Origin: Bacteroidales bacterium
GTDB lineage: Bacteria > Bacteroidota > Bacteroidia > Bacteroidales > VadinHA17
DNA: 64,000 bases
Direction of reading: 5' to 3'
Assembly: GCA_017882305.1 (NCBI GenBank)
Contig: JADGPU010000004.1
Span: 6,013-70,012, forward strand
The position numbers and the translations under genes were made by a program. Of the stretch, positions 19,923 through 30,708 are shown one piece after another. Within the stretch, counting starts at the first letter, position 1, and the number at the start of each line of letters is the position of its first letter. Below the pieces are notes generated by a model, which did no database searches, had not been told where the DNA came from, and saw nothing but the letters and a program-made list of their open reading frames with translations.

Positions 19923-21416
19923 ATGGACGATAAGGTCATTATTTTCGATACCACCCTCCGGGATGGAGAACAGGTGCCTGGATGCCAGCTGAATACAATT
20001 GAAAAAATTGAAGTCGCACAGGCTCTTGAAGCGCTCGGGGTCGATGTGATCGAAGCTGGTTTCCCCATTTCAAGCCCTGGAGATTTCGCATCGGTGGTAG
20101 AAATATCAAAAGCAGTCTCAAACCCTGTAATATGTGCTCTTACACGGGCCGTTAAAAAAGATATAGAAGTCGCAGCTGATGCTCTTCAGCATGCAAAAAG
20201 AAAAAGGATACACACTGGTATCGGTGTTTCTGACTTCCACATAAAATATAAGATCAAGACAACACCTGAGGAGATATTGAAAAGAGCTGCAGATGCAGTT
20301 AAATATGCGAAAAAATTTGTTGATGATGTTGAGTTTTATGCTGAAGATGCAGGCAGAAGTGAAAATGTGTACCTGGCAAAAGTTATCGAAGCTGTAATAA
20401 AGGCCGGAGCTACTGTTGTAAATATACCTGACACAACTGGTTACTGCCTTCCCGAAGAATACGGTCAGAAGATAAAATATCTCAGGGAAAATGTTCCCAA
20501 TATTGATAAAGCCACTATCTCAACACATTGTCATAATGATCTGGGTATGGCAACTGCCAATACAATGATGGGGATCTTAAATGGGGCAAGACAGGTCGAA
20601 GTGACAATAAATGGTATCGGAGAGAGAGCCGGAAACACATCTCTGGAAGAGATTGCTATGATCATAAAAAGTCACCATGAACTTAAATTAAGAACTGATA
20701 TCAATTCAAAACTGATCTTTGGCACAAGCCGGCTTGTTTCAACTCTCATGAGCATGCCTGTCCAGGCTAATAAAGCAATAGTAGGGAGAAACGCATTTGC
20801 TCATTCTTCGGGCATTCATCAGGATGGCGTTCTTAAGAACAGGGAAAACTATGAAATCATCGATCCCGTTGAGGTTGGGATCAGAGAGTCTTCAATAATC
20901 CTTACAGCACGAAGTGGAAGGGCTGCTCTTAATCATCGTCTTGAATTGCTCGGATTCAACTTCGGAAAAGAGGAGATTGATGATATTTATCATCGTTTCC
21001 TTCTGCTCGCCGACAAGAAAAAAGAAATCAACGATGAGGATATAAGAATACTTGCCGGTGTTGTTTTCCAGGGAGAAAAATCACTTAAACTCGATCTCCT
21101 TCAGGTTTCCTGTGGAAAATCATTAATTCCTGTTGCCACTGTCGGTGTGAAGATTAATGGTGAAGTGCACTTCTCAACAGCTTCCGGCAACGGGCCTATC
21201 GATGCAGCATTCACAGCCGTCAAACAGCTGATCAGCAAAACCGTACATCTCGAAGAATTTCTTATTCAGGCAATTACCAAAGGAAGTGATGACCTCGGTA
21301 AAGTACACATACAGGTCGAACACCTGGGAAAAATCTATTATGGTTTTTCTGCAAACACCGATATCATTACCGCTTCAGTTGAAGCCTTTATTGACGCTCT
21401 TTCTAAAATCAAATAA
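19923..21416 (+). CDS. leuA: 2-isopropylmalate synthase
   Basis: 497 aa. [26 protein letters not shown], and a LeuA dimerisation/regulatory C-terminus. Confidence 0.9.
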   Translation: MDDKVIIFDTTLRDGEQVPGCQLNTIEKIEVAQALEALGVDVIEAGFPISSPGDFASVVEISKAVSNPVICALTRAVKKDIEVAADALQHAKRKRIHTGIGVSDFHIKYKIKTTPEEILKRAADAVKYAKKFVDDVEFYAEDAGRSENVYLAKVIEAVIKAGATVVNIPDTTGYCLPEEYGQKIKYLRENVPNIDKATISTHCHNDLGMATANTMMGILNGARQVEVTINGIGERAGNTSLEEIAMIIKSHHELKLRTDINSKLIFGTSRLVSTLMSMPVQANKAIVGRNAFAHSSGIHQDGVLKNRENYEIIDPVEVGIRESSIILTARSGRAALNHRLELLGFNFGKEEIDDIYHRFLLLADKKKEINDEDIRILAGVVFQGEKSLKLDLLQVSCGKSLIPVATVGVKINGEVHFSTASGNGPIDAAFTAVKQLISKTVHLEEFLIQAITKGSDDLGKVHIQVEHLGKIYYGFSANTDIITASVEAFIDALSKIK

Positions 21417-21419
21417 ATC

Positions 21420-21515
21420 CTCTGTGCAACTCTGTGGATCCTCTCTGATCTCTGTGTAAGTTCTTAATTATTAGTTACACGGAGAGACACAGAGAAGACA
21501 CAGAGAGACACTGAG
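21420..21515. repeat. CTCTGTG/CACAGAG phased inverted-repeat element, copy A1 (complete)
   Basis: Left units start at 21420, 21430, 21441, 21450. Right units start at 21478, 21488, 21499, 21509. Apical loop is TAAGTTCTTAATTATTAGTTA. About 60 nt of the core is near-identical to 40918-40973. Confidence 0.85.
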
Positions 21516-21536
21516 AAAGAATAAATATTTTAATTA

Positions 21537-22961
21537 ATGAAGTCAAAAACACTTTTCGACAAAATCTGGGACAATCATGTAGTTCGATCCATTGAAGATG
21601 GACCCGATGTCCTTTATATCGACAGGCATTATATACACGAAGTTACCAGTCCACAGGCTTTTAATGGTCTGAAAGAACGTGGTATCCCGGTATTCAGACC
21701 TGGTAAAACTATAGCCACTGCCGACCATAATATACCCACCAAGGACCAGCATCTTCCAATCCGTGATCAATTATCCCGGACACAGGTTGAAAGGTTGAGC
21801 GAAAACTGCCAGAAGTATGGTATCGAGTTGTTTGGTCTTAACCATCCAAAAAACGGTATAGTACATGTAATTGGTCCGGAACTGGGATACACCCTGCCCG
21901 GAATGACAATAGTCTGCGGTGATAGCCATACATCTACACATGGGGCGTTTGGTACAATTGCATTTGGTATCGGAACCAGCGAGGTTGAGATGGTACTTGC
22001 AACTCAGTGTATTATTCAGCCAAAACCAAAGAAAATGAGGATCACACTTGATGGTGAACTTCATAAAGGAGTGACTTCCAAAGATATAATCATGTATATT
22101 ATATCTGAAATCTCGACCAGCGGGGCAACAGGATATTTTGTAGAATATTGTGGTTCTGCAATTAGAAGCCTGACCATGGAATCCAGGATGACAATCTGTA
22201 ATATGAGTATCGAAATGGGTGCCCGGGGTGGTCTGATCGCCCCTGACGAAACTACATTTGAATATCTCAGGAAACTTCCTTCAATCCCGGGAATAGGTGA
22301 CCTTAATTCATCAATCAATGATTGGAAAAAGCTTATAAGCGATCCTGATGCATTCTTTGACAACGACCTGAAATTTGATGCCGGTTTAATAAAACCGATG
22401 ATAACTTATGGTACAAACCCTGGAATGGGTATGGCAATCGATGATTCAATTCCTTTGTCAGATGAGAATGGAAATAAAGCCTCTTCCTCATTTTTAAAAT
22501 CACTTGATTATATGGGTTTTAAACCCGGAATGAAACTGCTCGGCCATCCCGTAGACTATGTTTTCATGGGAAGCTGCACAAACGGCAGGATTGAGGATTT
22601 CAGGGCATTTGCAGAGATCATCAGTGGTAGAAGAAAAGCAGATAATATCACCGCTCTAATCGTTCCCGGTTCAAAAAAGGTGGAAGAACAGATGATTGCT
22701 GAAGGTCTCATAAACCTTTATAAAAGTGCAGGTTTCGAGGTAAGGCAACCAGGATGTTCCTCCTGTCTTGCAATGAATGAAGATAAGATCCCTCAGGGGA
22801 AATATGTAATTTCGACATCTAATCGGAACTTTGAAGGGAGACAGGGTCCCGGTGCCAGAACTATGCTTGCTAGTCCACTCACAGCAGCTGCAGCAGCGAT
22901 AACCGGGAGAATAACAGATCCAAGGGAATTTATGACCGAAGAAAATAAAGTTAAAAAATAA
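21537..22961 (+). CDS. leuC: 3-isopropylmalate dehydratase large subunit
   Basis: 474 aa. Aconitase-family motifs: VCGDSHT, GSCTNGR, and CSSCLAMN cluster ligands. Confidence 0.95.
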   Translation: MKSKTLFDKIWDNHVVRSIEDGPDVLYIDRHYIHEVTSPQAFNGLKERGIPVFRPGKTIATADHNIPTKDQHLPIRDQLSRTQVERLSENCQKYGIELFGLNHPKNGIVHVIGPELGYTLPGMTIVCGDSHTSTHGAFGTIAFGIGTSEVEMVLATQCIIQPKPKKMRITLDGELHKGVTSKDIIMYIISEISTSGATGYFVEYCGSAIRSLTMESRMTICNMSIEMGARGGLIAPDETTFEYLRKLPSIPGIGDLNSSINDWKKLISDPDAFFDNDLKFDAGLIKPMITYGTNPGMGMAIDDSIPLSDENGNKASSSFLKSLDYMGFKPGMKLLGHPVDYVFMGSCTNGRIEDFRAFAEIISGRRKADNITALIVPGSKKVEEQMIAEGLINLYKSAGFEVRQPGCSSCLAMNEDKIPQGKYVISTSNRNFEGRQGPGARTMLASPLTAAAAAITGRITDPREFMTEENKVKK

Positions 22962-22967
22962 TCAGAT

Positions 22968-23570
22968 ATGCCAAAAGTTAAGTTTGATATACTTGAGTCA
23001 ACCTGTGTACCTCTGCCGTTTGAAAATGTTGATACCGATCAGATTATCCCGGCCAGATTTTTAAGTGCCATTTCAAGACAAGGATTCGGAGATAACCTTT
23101 TCCGCGACTGGAGATACACAAAAGCCGGTGAGAAAAACTCCGAGTTTGTTATGAATAATCCTGATTACGCCGGAAAGGTACTTGTTGCAGGTAAAAATTT
23201 TGGAAGCGGATCAAGTCGTGAACATGCTGTCTGGGCTATTTTTGATTATGGTTTCAGAGCTGTGGTATCGAGTTTTTTTGCTGATATTTTTATGAACAAT
23301 GCCCTTAATAACGGCCTCCTTCCAATAGTAATTTCTGATGATCTTCTTAAAAAACTTCTAAGCCTGGTTCAAAATAACCCGGACACAAAAGTTAAAATTG
23401 ATCTTGAAAAACAGACTTTTACGATTTTATCAACGGGAGATTCGGTGAAATTCGGGATCAATCCTTATAAGAAAGAATGTCTGATTAAAGGGCTGGATGA
23501 CATTGACTTTCTGTTGAGTATTAAAAGTCAGATAATCAATTATGAAAACAATAAAAGCCTTCTACAATGA
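22968..23570 (+). CDS. leuD: 3-isopropylmalate dehydratase small subunit
   Basis: 200 aa. NVDTDQIIPARFL and GKNFGSGSSREHA. Confidence 0.95.
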   Translation: MPKVKFDILESTCVPLPFENVDTDQIIPARFLSAISRQGFGDNLFRDWRYTKAGEKNSEFVMNNPDYAGKVLVAGKNFGSGSSREHAVWAIFDYGFRAVVSSFFADIFMNNALNNGLLPIVISDDLLKKLLSLVQNNPDTKVKIDLEKQTFTILSTGDSVKFGINPYKKECLIKGLDDIDFLLSIKSQIINYENNKSLLQ

Positions 23571-25120
23571 GAGTTGAAATAATGGATACTACCCTCAGGG
23601 ACGGGGAACAAACGCAGGGAGTGTCATACTCACCGCTAGAAAAACTTCACATCGCCAAGCTTCTTCTTAAGGATCTTAAAGTCGACAGGATTGAAGTGGC
23701 TTCAGCACGAGTTTCCATAGGGGAATTTGAGGCTATCAGACAAATAACTGGCTGGGCCCGACATAACAATCTAAACAGAAAAGTAGAAGTACTGGGGTTT
23801 GTCGACGGTGATATCTCTTTAAACTGGATTGATGATGCAGGAGGAAAGGTTATCAATCTTCTTTGTAAAGGTTCACTCCGCCATCTCGAAAAACAATTGA
23901 GAAAAACACCTGAAAAGCATGTGAGTGATATTAAAGAGATTATCCGGAAAGCTGAAGCGCGTGATATGGAGGTTAATATTTATCTCGAAGACTGGTCAAA
24001 TGGAATGATCCATTCTGAAGAATATGTTTTTTATATGATGGATTCTCTAAAGGATGCAAACATCCAAAGATTCATGCTGCCTGATACCCTGGGCATCCTT
24101 AACCCGGAACAGACCTTCAACTTCTGTAAAAAAATTATTGACCGGTATCCTTCACTTCATTTTGATTTTCATGCACATAATGATTATGATCTGGCAGTTG
24201 CCAATGTCTTTTCAGCAGTTAAGGCAGGAATAAAAGGAATTCACACAACTATTAACGGTCTGGGAGAAAGAGCCGGGAATGCACCTCTTTCAAGCGTAAT
24301 TGGTGTTCTTCGCGATCTTACTAAAACGGAGACAGGGATAAATGAGTTTGAGATTACCAAAGCAAGTAAAATAGTAGAGACATTCAGCGGAATACGTATA
24401 CCTGTGAACAAACCAGTTATCGGGGAAAATGTTTTTACGCAAACATCTGGAGTGCATGCTGACGGAGATAGTAAAGACAACCTCTATTATAATAATCTGC
24501 TTCCGGAACGCTTCGGAAGAAAAAGGAAATATGCCCTTGGGAAACAATCGGGCAAGGCAACAATCCGGAAAAACCTTGAAGAGTTCGGGCTATTTCTGAA
24601 TCCTGAATCTCTGACAAAAGTGACTCAGAAAGTCATTGAACTTGGGGATAAAAAAGAGAATGTTACCACAGAAGACCTGCCTTTTATCATCGCAGATGTG
24701 CTGGGAAGTGAAGAGATTAACTATAAGATCTTTATCAAAAACTATTCCCTGTCCCTCTCCTACGGTTTAAAACCATTTGCAAGTGTCCTGATTGAGATTG
24801 ACGGTAATTTGTATCAGGAAACATCATCTGGCGACGGACAATATGATGCATTTATGAAAGCATTAAGGATAATCTATGACAAACTTGGAAAACATTATCC
24901 GGTATTAACAGATTACCAGGTATCTATACCTCCTGGCGGTAAGACTGATGCCTTTGTAGAGACTGTCATCACCTGGGATTACAATGGGAAGGAATTTAAA
25001 ACCAGGGGATTGGATGCCGATCAGACAGAATCGGCTATAAAGGCAACTGAAAGAATGCTGAATATTATTGAGAATATTGAAATAAAAACTCTGGCTGATA
25101 AAAGATTAACCGAAGTATAG
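23567..25120 (+). CDS. cimA: (R)-citramalate synthase-like second IPMS-family enzyme
   Basis: 517 aa. The N-terminus [49 protein letters not shown] closely resembles, from memory, Leptospira CimA rather than LeuA. Its ATGA start overlaps leuD. Substrate assignment is inferred. Confidence 0.6.
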   Translation: MRVEIMDTTLRDGEQTQGVSYSPLEKLHIAKLLLKDLKVDRIEVASARVSIGEFEAIRQITGWARHNNLNRKVEVLGFVDGDISLNWIDDAGGKVINLLCKGSLRHLEKQLRKTPEKHVSDIKEIIRKAEARDMEVNIYLEDWSNGMIHSEEYVFYMMDSLKDANIQRFMLPDTLGILNPEQTFNFCKKIIDRYPSLHFDFHAHNDYDLAVANVFSAVKAGIKGIHTTINGLGERAGNAPLSSVIGVLRDLTKTETGINEFEITKASKIVETFSGIRIPVNKPVIGENVFTQTSGVHADGDSKDNLYYNNLLPERFGRKRKYALGKQSGKATIRKNLEEFGLFLNPESLTKVTQKVIELGDKKENVTTEDLPFIIADVLGSEEINYKIFIKNYSLSLSYGLKPFASVLIEIDGNLYQETSSGDGQYDAFMKALRIIYDKLGKHYPVLTDYQVSIPPGGKTDAFVETVITWDYNGKEFKTRGLDADQTESAIKATERMLNIIENIEIKTLADKRLTEV

Positions 25121-25186
25121 AAATATATCAAATATCCTGACATTTATCCTTATATAAATAATACAATAATAAATTCTATTGAACTT

Positions 25187-26248
25187 ATGAGTAAATCATA
25201 CAATATTGCTGTTATTCCTGGTGACGGTACCGGTCCGGAAGTTGTCAGGGAAGGTAAAAAAGTACTGAGTGCAGTAGCTTCAAAATTTGGATTTAAGCTG
25301 AATTTCGAAGAATTTGATTTTGGAGGAGATCGTTATCTGAGAACAGGTGAAATACTACCGGATTCTGCACCAAATCAATTAAAAAAGTTTGATTCGATTT
25401 TTTTAGGCGCTATAGGGCATCCCGATGTAAAACCAGGCATTCTGGAAAAAGGAATTCTGCTGAAACTACGTTTTGAATTGGATCAGTATATTAATCTTCG
25501 TCCGATTAAACTGTACCCTGGAGTGGCCACACCGCTTAAAGATAAAGGGCCAGAGCATATTGATTATGTTGTAGTAAGGGAAAATACAGGGGATGTATAT
25601 ACAGGTATAGGCGGTGTTACCATGAAAGGTACTCCAAATGAAGTTGCCATTCAGAACATGGTTTATACCCGTATGCAGGTTGAGCGTTGTCTGCGATATG
25701 CTTTTGAATACACGAGAAAAAGGAATAAGAAAAACACTCTTGCTCTTTGCGGAAAAACCAATGTATTAACTTATGTATTTGATCTTTGGGAAAGGGCGTT
25801 CCATGAGATTGGGAAAGCTGATTATCCCGATATTAACCGCGAATACTATCACGTGGATGCAACCTGCATGTGGATGGTTAAAAATCCCGAATGGTTTGAT
25901 GTAATTGTTACAACCAATATGTTTGGCGATATTATAACCGATCTTGGAGCCATTACTCAGGGAGGAATGGGAATCGCTGCCGGAGGAAATATTAATCCTG
26001 AAGGTGTTTCTATGTTTGAGCCTATTGGCGGTTCTGCTCCGAAATATACGGGTAAGAATGTCATTAACCCACTGGCTTCAATTGCATGCGGAGGCATGAT
26101 GCTTGAACACCTTGGAGAAAAAAAAGCCGCTCATGCAATCGAAAACGCTATCATGGATGTAACAGCCAACAAATTAAAAGATATGGGAGCAGGCAGAATG
26201 GGATTTTCAACCTCTGAAGTCGGAGACCTTGTTGCTGAAAGAGTTTAG
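25187..26248 (+). CDS. leuB: 3-isopropylmalate dehydrogenase
   Basis: 353 aa. [13 protein letters not shown] and [12 protein letters not shown] motifs of the isocitrate/isopropylmalate dehydrogenase family, in operon context. Confidence 0.85.
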   Translation: MSKSYNIAVIPGDGTGPEVVREGKKVLSAVASKFGFKLNFEEFDFGGDRYLRTGEILPDSAPNQLKKFDSIFLGAIGHPDVKPGILEKGILLKLRFELDQYINLRPIKLYPGVATPLKDKGPEHIDYVVVRENTGDVYTGIGGVTMKGTPNEVAIQNMVYTRMQVERCLRYAFEYTRKRNKKNTLALCGKTNVLTYVFDLWERAFHEIGKADYPDINREYYHVDATCMWMVKNPEWFDVIVTTNMFGDIITDLGAITQGGMGIAAGGNINPEGVSMFEPIGGSAPKYTGKNVINPLASIACGGMMLEHLGEKKAAHAIENAIMDVTANKLKDMGAGRMGFSTSEVGDLVAERV

Positions 26249-26290
26249 TTATAAAAAATCAAGTTTTGTTATTATTTGTTAATTTTTTGC

Positions 26291-26298
26291 TATCTTTG
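26291..26298 (+). promoter_or_regulatory. -7 promoter box (TATCTTTG) of the his leader
   Basis: TAnnTTTG match 18 nt upstream of the leader ATG. TTTG candidates for the -33 element lie at 26265-26268 and 26275-26278, with non-ideal spacing. Confidence 0.45.
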
Positions 26299-26316
26299 CA
26301 TTTATAATTATAAGAA

Positions 26317-26373
26317 ATGTTCAACAAATCAACATTACACCATCATTTTCATCTTTGCTTTCAGGCGAGGTGA
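26317..26373 (+). CDS. His-rich leader peptide (18 aa)
   Basis: ATG TTC AAC AAA TCA ACA TTA CAC CAT CAT TTT CAT CTT TGC TTT CAG GCG AGG TGA = MFNKSTLHHHFHLCFQAR*. Four His codons fall within five positions. Confidence 0.75.
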   Translation: MFNKSTLHHHFHLCFQAR

Positions 26374-26405
26374 TAGTGATATGTATGGAAATAAAAATAT
26401 CATAA

Positions 26406-26436
26406 ACCCGTCTGAGCAGATCAGGCGGGTTTTTTT
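26406..26436 (+). terminator. Attenuator terminator upstream of hisG
   Basis: Stem ACCCGTCTGA (26406-26415) / TCAGGCGGGT (26421-26430), one G-U, followed by T7 (26430-26436). hisG ATG is at 26453. Confidence 0.8.
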
Positions 26437-26452
26437 ATTTAAAAAAAGTAAA

Positions 26453-27310
26453 ATGAGTGAACTGAAAATTGCGATTCAAAAGAGCGGACGACTTAGTGAA
26501 AATTCAAAAAAGCTACTGGAAGAATGTGGTATCAAATTCTCTAATGGCATCAGCGTCCTTAAAACAACTGCCAGAAATTTTCCCGTGGAGCTCCTCTTCC
26601 TTCGGGATGATGATATACCTCAGTATGTGGAGCAACAAGTTGCTGACATTGGTATTCTTGGCGAAAACATGGTATTTGAAAAGAATAAGGATGTAACTAT
26701 AATAGAACAGCTTGGGTTTGCACAGTGCAGACTGAGTCTTGCCATTCCAAAAGAAGAAAAATATGATGGTTTAGAATATTTCATGAATAAGAAAATTGCC
26801 ACAAGCTACCCGCATATCCTTACAGGTTTTCTTAAGAAAAATAAAATAACTGCTGAGATAGAAGAGATCAGTGGCAGCGTGGAAATTGCTCCCGGAATAG
26901 GTTTGGCTAATGCAGTATGTGATATTGTAAGCTCAGGCAGCACGCTGCTTACCAATGGTTTACATGAAGTTGAAACTATTCTTAAAAGCCAGGCAGTCAT
27001 TATCGGGAACAGAAACCTGACTCCTGAAAAACAAACGATTCTAAACAGCTTACTTTTCAGGATAAGGGCTGTCAAAAATGCGAAAGAGAATAAATATATA
27101 TTACTCAATACACCCCAATCGGCAATTGCGAAAATATGCAGTATTCTTCCGGGTATGAAAAGCCCTACTATCGTGCCGTTGGTAGAAAAAGGATGGTACA
27201 GTCTGCATTCTGTTGTAAAAGAGGACGAATTCTGGGAAAGGATTGATCAGCTCAAGGCTGCAGGTGCGGAAGGTATTCTGGTTATACCAATCGAGAAAAT
27301 GATACTCTAA
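26453..27310 (+). CDS. hisG: ATP phosphoribosyltransferase (long form)
   Basis: Start moved to MSELKIAIQKSGRL. The ORF-track start at 26276 reads through the leader and terminator. 285 aa. Confidence 0.9.
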   Translation: MSELKIAIQKSGRLSENSKKLLEECGIKFSNGISVLKTTARNFPVELLFLRDDDIPQYVEQQVADIGILGENMVFEKNKDVTIIEQLGFAQCRLSLAIPKEEKYDGLEYFMNKKIATSYPHILTGFLKKNKITAEIEEISGSVEIAPGIGLANAVCDIVSSGSTLLTNGLHEVETILKSQAVIIGNRNLTPEKQTILNSLLFRIRAVKNAKENKYILLNTPQSAIAKICSILPGMKSPTIVPLVEKGWYSLHSVVKEDEFWERIDQLKAAGAEGILVIPIEKMIL

Positions 27311-28599
27311 TGAAAACAATAGTACTTCCTGGAAAAGAGAGATGGGATGAGCTCTGCAGACGTCCTCAGATAGCCAGAAATGATCTTGAAAATGTTGTCA
27401 GAGATATAATAAACAGAGTAAAATCAGAGACTGACAATGCAGTTTATTTTTACTCCGAAAAATTCGATGGTGTGCCTCCGGGAAACTTAAAGGTTACACC
27501 ATATGAGATCCGGGATTCAGCCCGACAGATCCCACAGGAGTTAAAGAATGCAATAAATGTAGCTAAAAAGAATATTGAGAGTTTCCATTCTGCGCAACTT
27601 CTGACTGAACCGGTTATTGAAACTTTCAAAGGCGTCAGATGCTGGAGAAAAAATGTTGCAATTGAAAGAGTAGGGCTATATATACCGGGAGGAAGTGCCC
27701 CTCTGTTTTCAACCCTGCTTATGCTAGGCATTCCGGCTAATCTGGCAGGATGCAAACAAATAGTTGTCTGTACTCCTCCAGGGAAAGATGGAAGAGTAAG
27801 CCCTTTGATTCTTTATACTGCTCAGCTTATCGGGATATCTGAAATATTCAAAGCAGGTGGAGCACAGGCTATCGCTGCGATGGCATATGGTACGGAGAGC
27901 ATTCCGAAAGTTTACAAAATATTTGGACCTGGTAATCAATACGTTACAAAGGCGAAGGAGATGGTCCAGCAGGATGGTGTTGCGATAGACATGCCTGCAG
28001 GGCCAAGTGAAGTTTTAGTGATTGCAGACAACAGAGCCAATCCCGAATTTATTGCAGCTGACTTGCTTTCACAGGCTGAGCATGGGCCTGATAGTCAGGT
28101 TATTTTGCTGAGTGATAATCAAATACTTATAGAAAGAATAAAATCTGAAGTTGATAGTCAGGTGAAGTTGTTACCAAGAAAAGATATTGCATTAAAAGCC
28201 CTGGAAAACAGTAAATTGATCCTGTTGCCAACACTGAATGATTGTATAGATTTCAGCAACTTATATTCACCGGAGCACCTGATTATTAATACTGCTGATG
28301 CAAATTCAGTTGCAAACAGCGTAATAAATGCAGGCTCTGTATTCATTGGAAATTTCAGCTGTGAAAGCGCCGGTGATTATGCATCCGGAACAAACCACAC
28401 ACTTCCGACAAATGGATTCGCAAAAAATTATAGCGGGATCTCAACTGAAAGTTTTCTCAAAAAAATATCTTTTCAGGAGATAAATGCTGAAGGCATCAAA
28501 AACCTAGGACCCACAATAGAACTGATGGCTGAAGCAGAGTCCTTAATAGGGCATAAAAATGCAGTAAGTTTAAGACTTAAAAGTTTGGAGAATGGTTGA
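27310..28599 (+). CDS. hisD: Histidinol dehydrogenase
   Basis: 429 aa. TAATG overlap with hisG. SQAEHGPDSQ and GDYASGTNHTLPT motifs. Confidence 0.95.
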   Translation: MKTIVLPGKERWDELCRRPQIARNDLENVVRDIINRVKSETDNAVYFYSEKFDGVPPGNLKVTPYEIRDSARQIPQELKNAINVAKKNIESFHSAQLLTEPVIETFKGVRCWRKNVAIERVGLYIPGGSAPLFSTLLMLGIPANLAGCKQIVVCTPPGKDGRVSPLILYTAQLIGISEIFKAGGAQAIAAMAYGTESIPKVYKIFGPGNQYVTKAKEMVQQDGVAIDMPAGPSEVLVIADNRANPEFIAADLLSQAEHGPDSQVILLSDNQILIERIKSEVDSQVKLLPRKDIALKALENSKLILLPTLNDCIDFSNLYSPEHLIINTADANSVANSVINAGSVFIGNFSCESAGDYASGTNHTLPTNGFAKNYSGISTESFLKKISFQEINAEGIKNLGPTIELMAEAESLIGHKNAVSLRLKSLENG

Positions 28600-29623
28600 C
28601 CTTAATAAACTAGTAAGGGAAAATGTTATTAAACTTACTCCCTATTCAAGTGCCAGAGACGAATTCAATGGCAAAACAGGTGTTTTTATGGATGCCAATG
28701 AGAACCCTTACGGGAACCTGAATAGGTATCCGGATCCTTATCAGAGAGAGCTTAAAACTGCAATTTCAAAAGTCAAAGCGGTTGAAGAAGAAAAAATATT
28801 TCTCGGTAACGGAAGCGATGAAATAATAGATCTTTGCTTCAGGATTTTCTGCAATCCTGGTGTAGACAAAGCACTCATCTTCACTCCTACCTATGGAATG
28901 TACGAAGTGTCAGCTTCCGTAAATGATATTGAAGTTGTAAAGATTCCTTTAAACGATAGTTTTCAGATTGATCTTAAAAAAGCCGAACCCTGTTTCTCTG
29001 ATAAGAATCTGAAACTCATTTTTATTTGTTCCCCAAATAACCCGACAGCAAACTCAATGAATTATCAGGATATTGAATACATTATAACTAAATTCAATGG
29101 CATTGTTGTCATTGATGAAGCTTATATTGATTTCAGTGAAAAACCATCATTTATCAGACTTGTTAACAAATATACTAATCTCATCATTATGCAGACATTC
29201 AGTAAGGCATTTGGACTGGCAGCCGTAAGAGTTGGAATGGCCTTTTCAAATCCTGCTGTTGTTCAATATTTCAATAAACTGAAACCACCATATAACATCA
29301 GTACAATCAATCAGAAAGCAGCATTGGGTAAGCTCAATCATATTGAGCAAAAAAAACAGCAGGTTTTCAGAATTAAGAAGGAAAGAGAAAGACTTTCTGG
29401 AATTCTGCTAAAAATGCATGTTATAGAAAAGGTATATCCATCAGATTCCAACTTTCTTCTTGTTAAAGTTAAAAATGCTTCTTATATTTATAATGCATTG
29501 GTTAACAGGAATATTATTATTAGAAACCGTAGCAGCATGGTTGATAACTGCCTCCGGATCACTATAGGCAAGAAATCAGAAAATGACCAGTTAATCAGAG
29601 CATTAAAATCCATTTCAATATGA
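28592..29623 (+). CDS. hisC: Histidinol-phosphate aminotransferase
   Basis: 343 aa. Class-II aminotransferase with the PLP lysine in TFSKAFGLA. Overlaps hisD by 8 nt. Confidence 0.9.
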   Translation: MVDLNKLVRENVIKLTPYSSARDEFNGKTGVFMDANENPYGNLNRYPDPYQRELKTAISKVKAVEEEKIFLGNGSDEIIDLCFRIFCNPGVDKALIFTPTYGMYEVSASVNDIEVVKIPLNDSFQIDLKKAEPCFSDKNLKLIFICSPNNPTANSMNYQDIEYIITKFNGIVVIDEAYIDFSEKPSFIRLVNKYTNLIIMQTFSKAFGLAAVRVGMAFSNPAVVQYFNKLKPPYNISTINQKAALGKLNHIEQKKQQVFRIKKERERLSGILLKMHVIEKVYPSDSNFLLVKVKNASYIYNALVNRNIIIRNRSSMVDNCLRITIGKKSENDQLIRALKSISI

Positions 29624-30708
29624 AGAAAGTACTTTTTATTGATAGGGATGGGACCATAATAGGCGAACCTGAAGATGAGCAGGTAGATAGTTTTGAGAAA
29701 CTGACTTTTCTTCCGGGAGCTATATCATGCTTATCCAGGATAGCTAATGAGACTGATTTTGAACTTGTTATGGTAACAAACCAGGATGGTCTGGGTACAG
29801 AGCCATTTCCTGAAAAAGCTTTCTGGCCGGTTCAGAACAAGATTCTCGAAATCCTTAAAGGTGAGGGCGTTACATTTGCTGAAATATTTATTGACAGAAC
29901 TATGCCATTGCAAAAGGCTCCGACCCGAAAACCCGGAATAGCAATGCTGGCTAAATACCTTGCTGACGGGGTCGATCTAAACTCATCATACGTTATCGGC
30001 GACAGGATGACGGATGTTGAGCTCGCAAAGAACCTGGGATGTAAAGCTATTTTAATCAGTAATGAAAGTTCCCGCGAAGCCGAATTGACAACTAAAGACT
30101 GGAACGATATCTATAAGTATCTGAAAAAGATACCCCGAATTGCAGAAGTGGAACGTAAAACCTCCGAAACTGATATACGGATCGCTCTCAATCTCGATGG
30201 ATCAGGTAAAAGCTCGATTAATACTGGAATTGGATTTTTTGATCATATGCTGGAACAGGTTGCTCGTCATGGAAACCTCGATCTTAATATACAGGTGAAT
30301 GGTGATCTTCACATTGATGAACACCATACTATTGAAGATGTGGCACTTGTGCTGGGTGATGCAGTTTTGAAGGCACTGGGAGGGAAAAAAGGGATCGAAA
30401 GATACAGCTTTGTATTGCCAATGGATGATTGCCTTGCACAGGTAGCTCTGGATTTTGGAGGCAGGCCATGGGTGGTCTGGGATGTAAAGTTCTTACGGGA
30501 GAAAGTCGGAGAAATTCCGACCGAATTGTTCTTCCATTTCTTTAAGTCATTCAGTGACAATGCAAAATGCAATCTGAATATCAACGCCGAAGGTGAAAAT
30601 GAACATCACAAGATCGAAGCAATCTTCAAAGCATTCGCGAAAGCCATAAAACTGGCTGTAAAGCAAACAGATAACTTTAACCTACCCACAACTAAAGGCA
30701 GTCTATGA
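29620..30708 (+). CDS. hisB: Bifunctional histidinol-phosphatase / imidazoleglycerol-phosphate dehydratase
   Basis: 362 aa. N-terminal HAD motif FIDRDGT. C-terminal IGPD motifs GFFDHML and DEHHTIED. Confidence 0.9.
   Translation: MKKVLFIDRDGTIIGEPEDEQVDSFEKLTFLPGAISCLSRIANETDFELVMVTNQDGLGTEPFPEKAFWPVQNKILEILKGEGVTFAEIFIDRTMPLQKAPTRKPGIAMLAKYLADGVDLNSSYVIGDRMTDVELAKNLGCKAILISNESSREAELTTKDWNDIYKYLKKIPRIAEVERKTSETDIRIALNLDGSGKSSINTGIGFFDHMLEQVARHGNLDLNIQVNGDLHIDEHHTIEDVALVLGDAVLKALGGKKGIERYSFVLPMDDCLAQVALDFGGRPWVVWDVKFLREKVGEIPTELFFHFFKSFSDNAKCNLNINAEGENEHHKIEAIFKAFAKAIKLAVKQTDNFNLPTTKGSL

Noticed and set aside
26276-26452. ORF-track N-terminal extension of hisG (MLIFCYLCIYNYKK...)
   Set aside because: The extension is low-complexity and runs through a promoter box, the His leader ORF (in a different frame) and a strong terminator with a T-run. 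The conserved HisG N-terminus begins at 26453.
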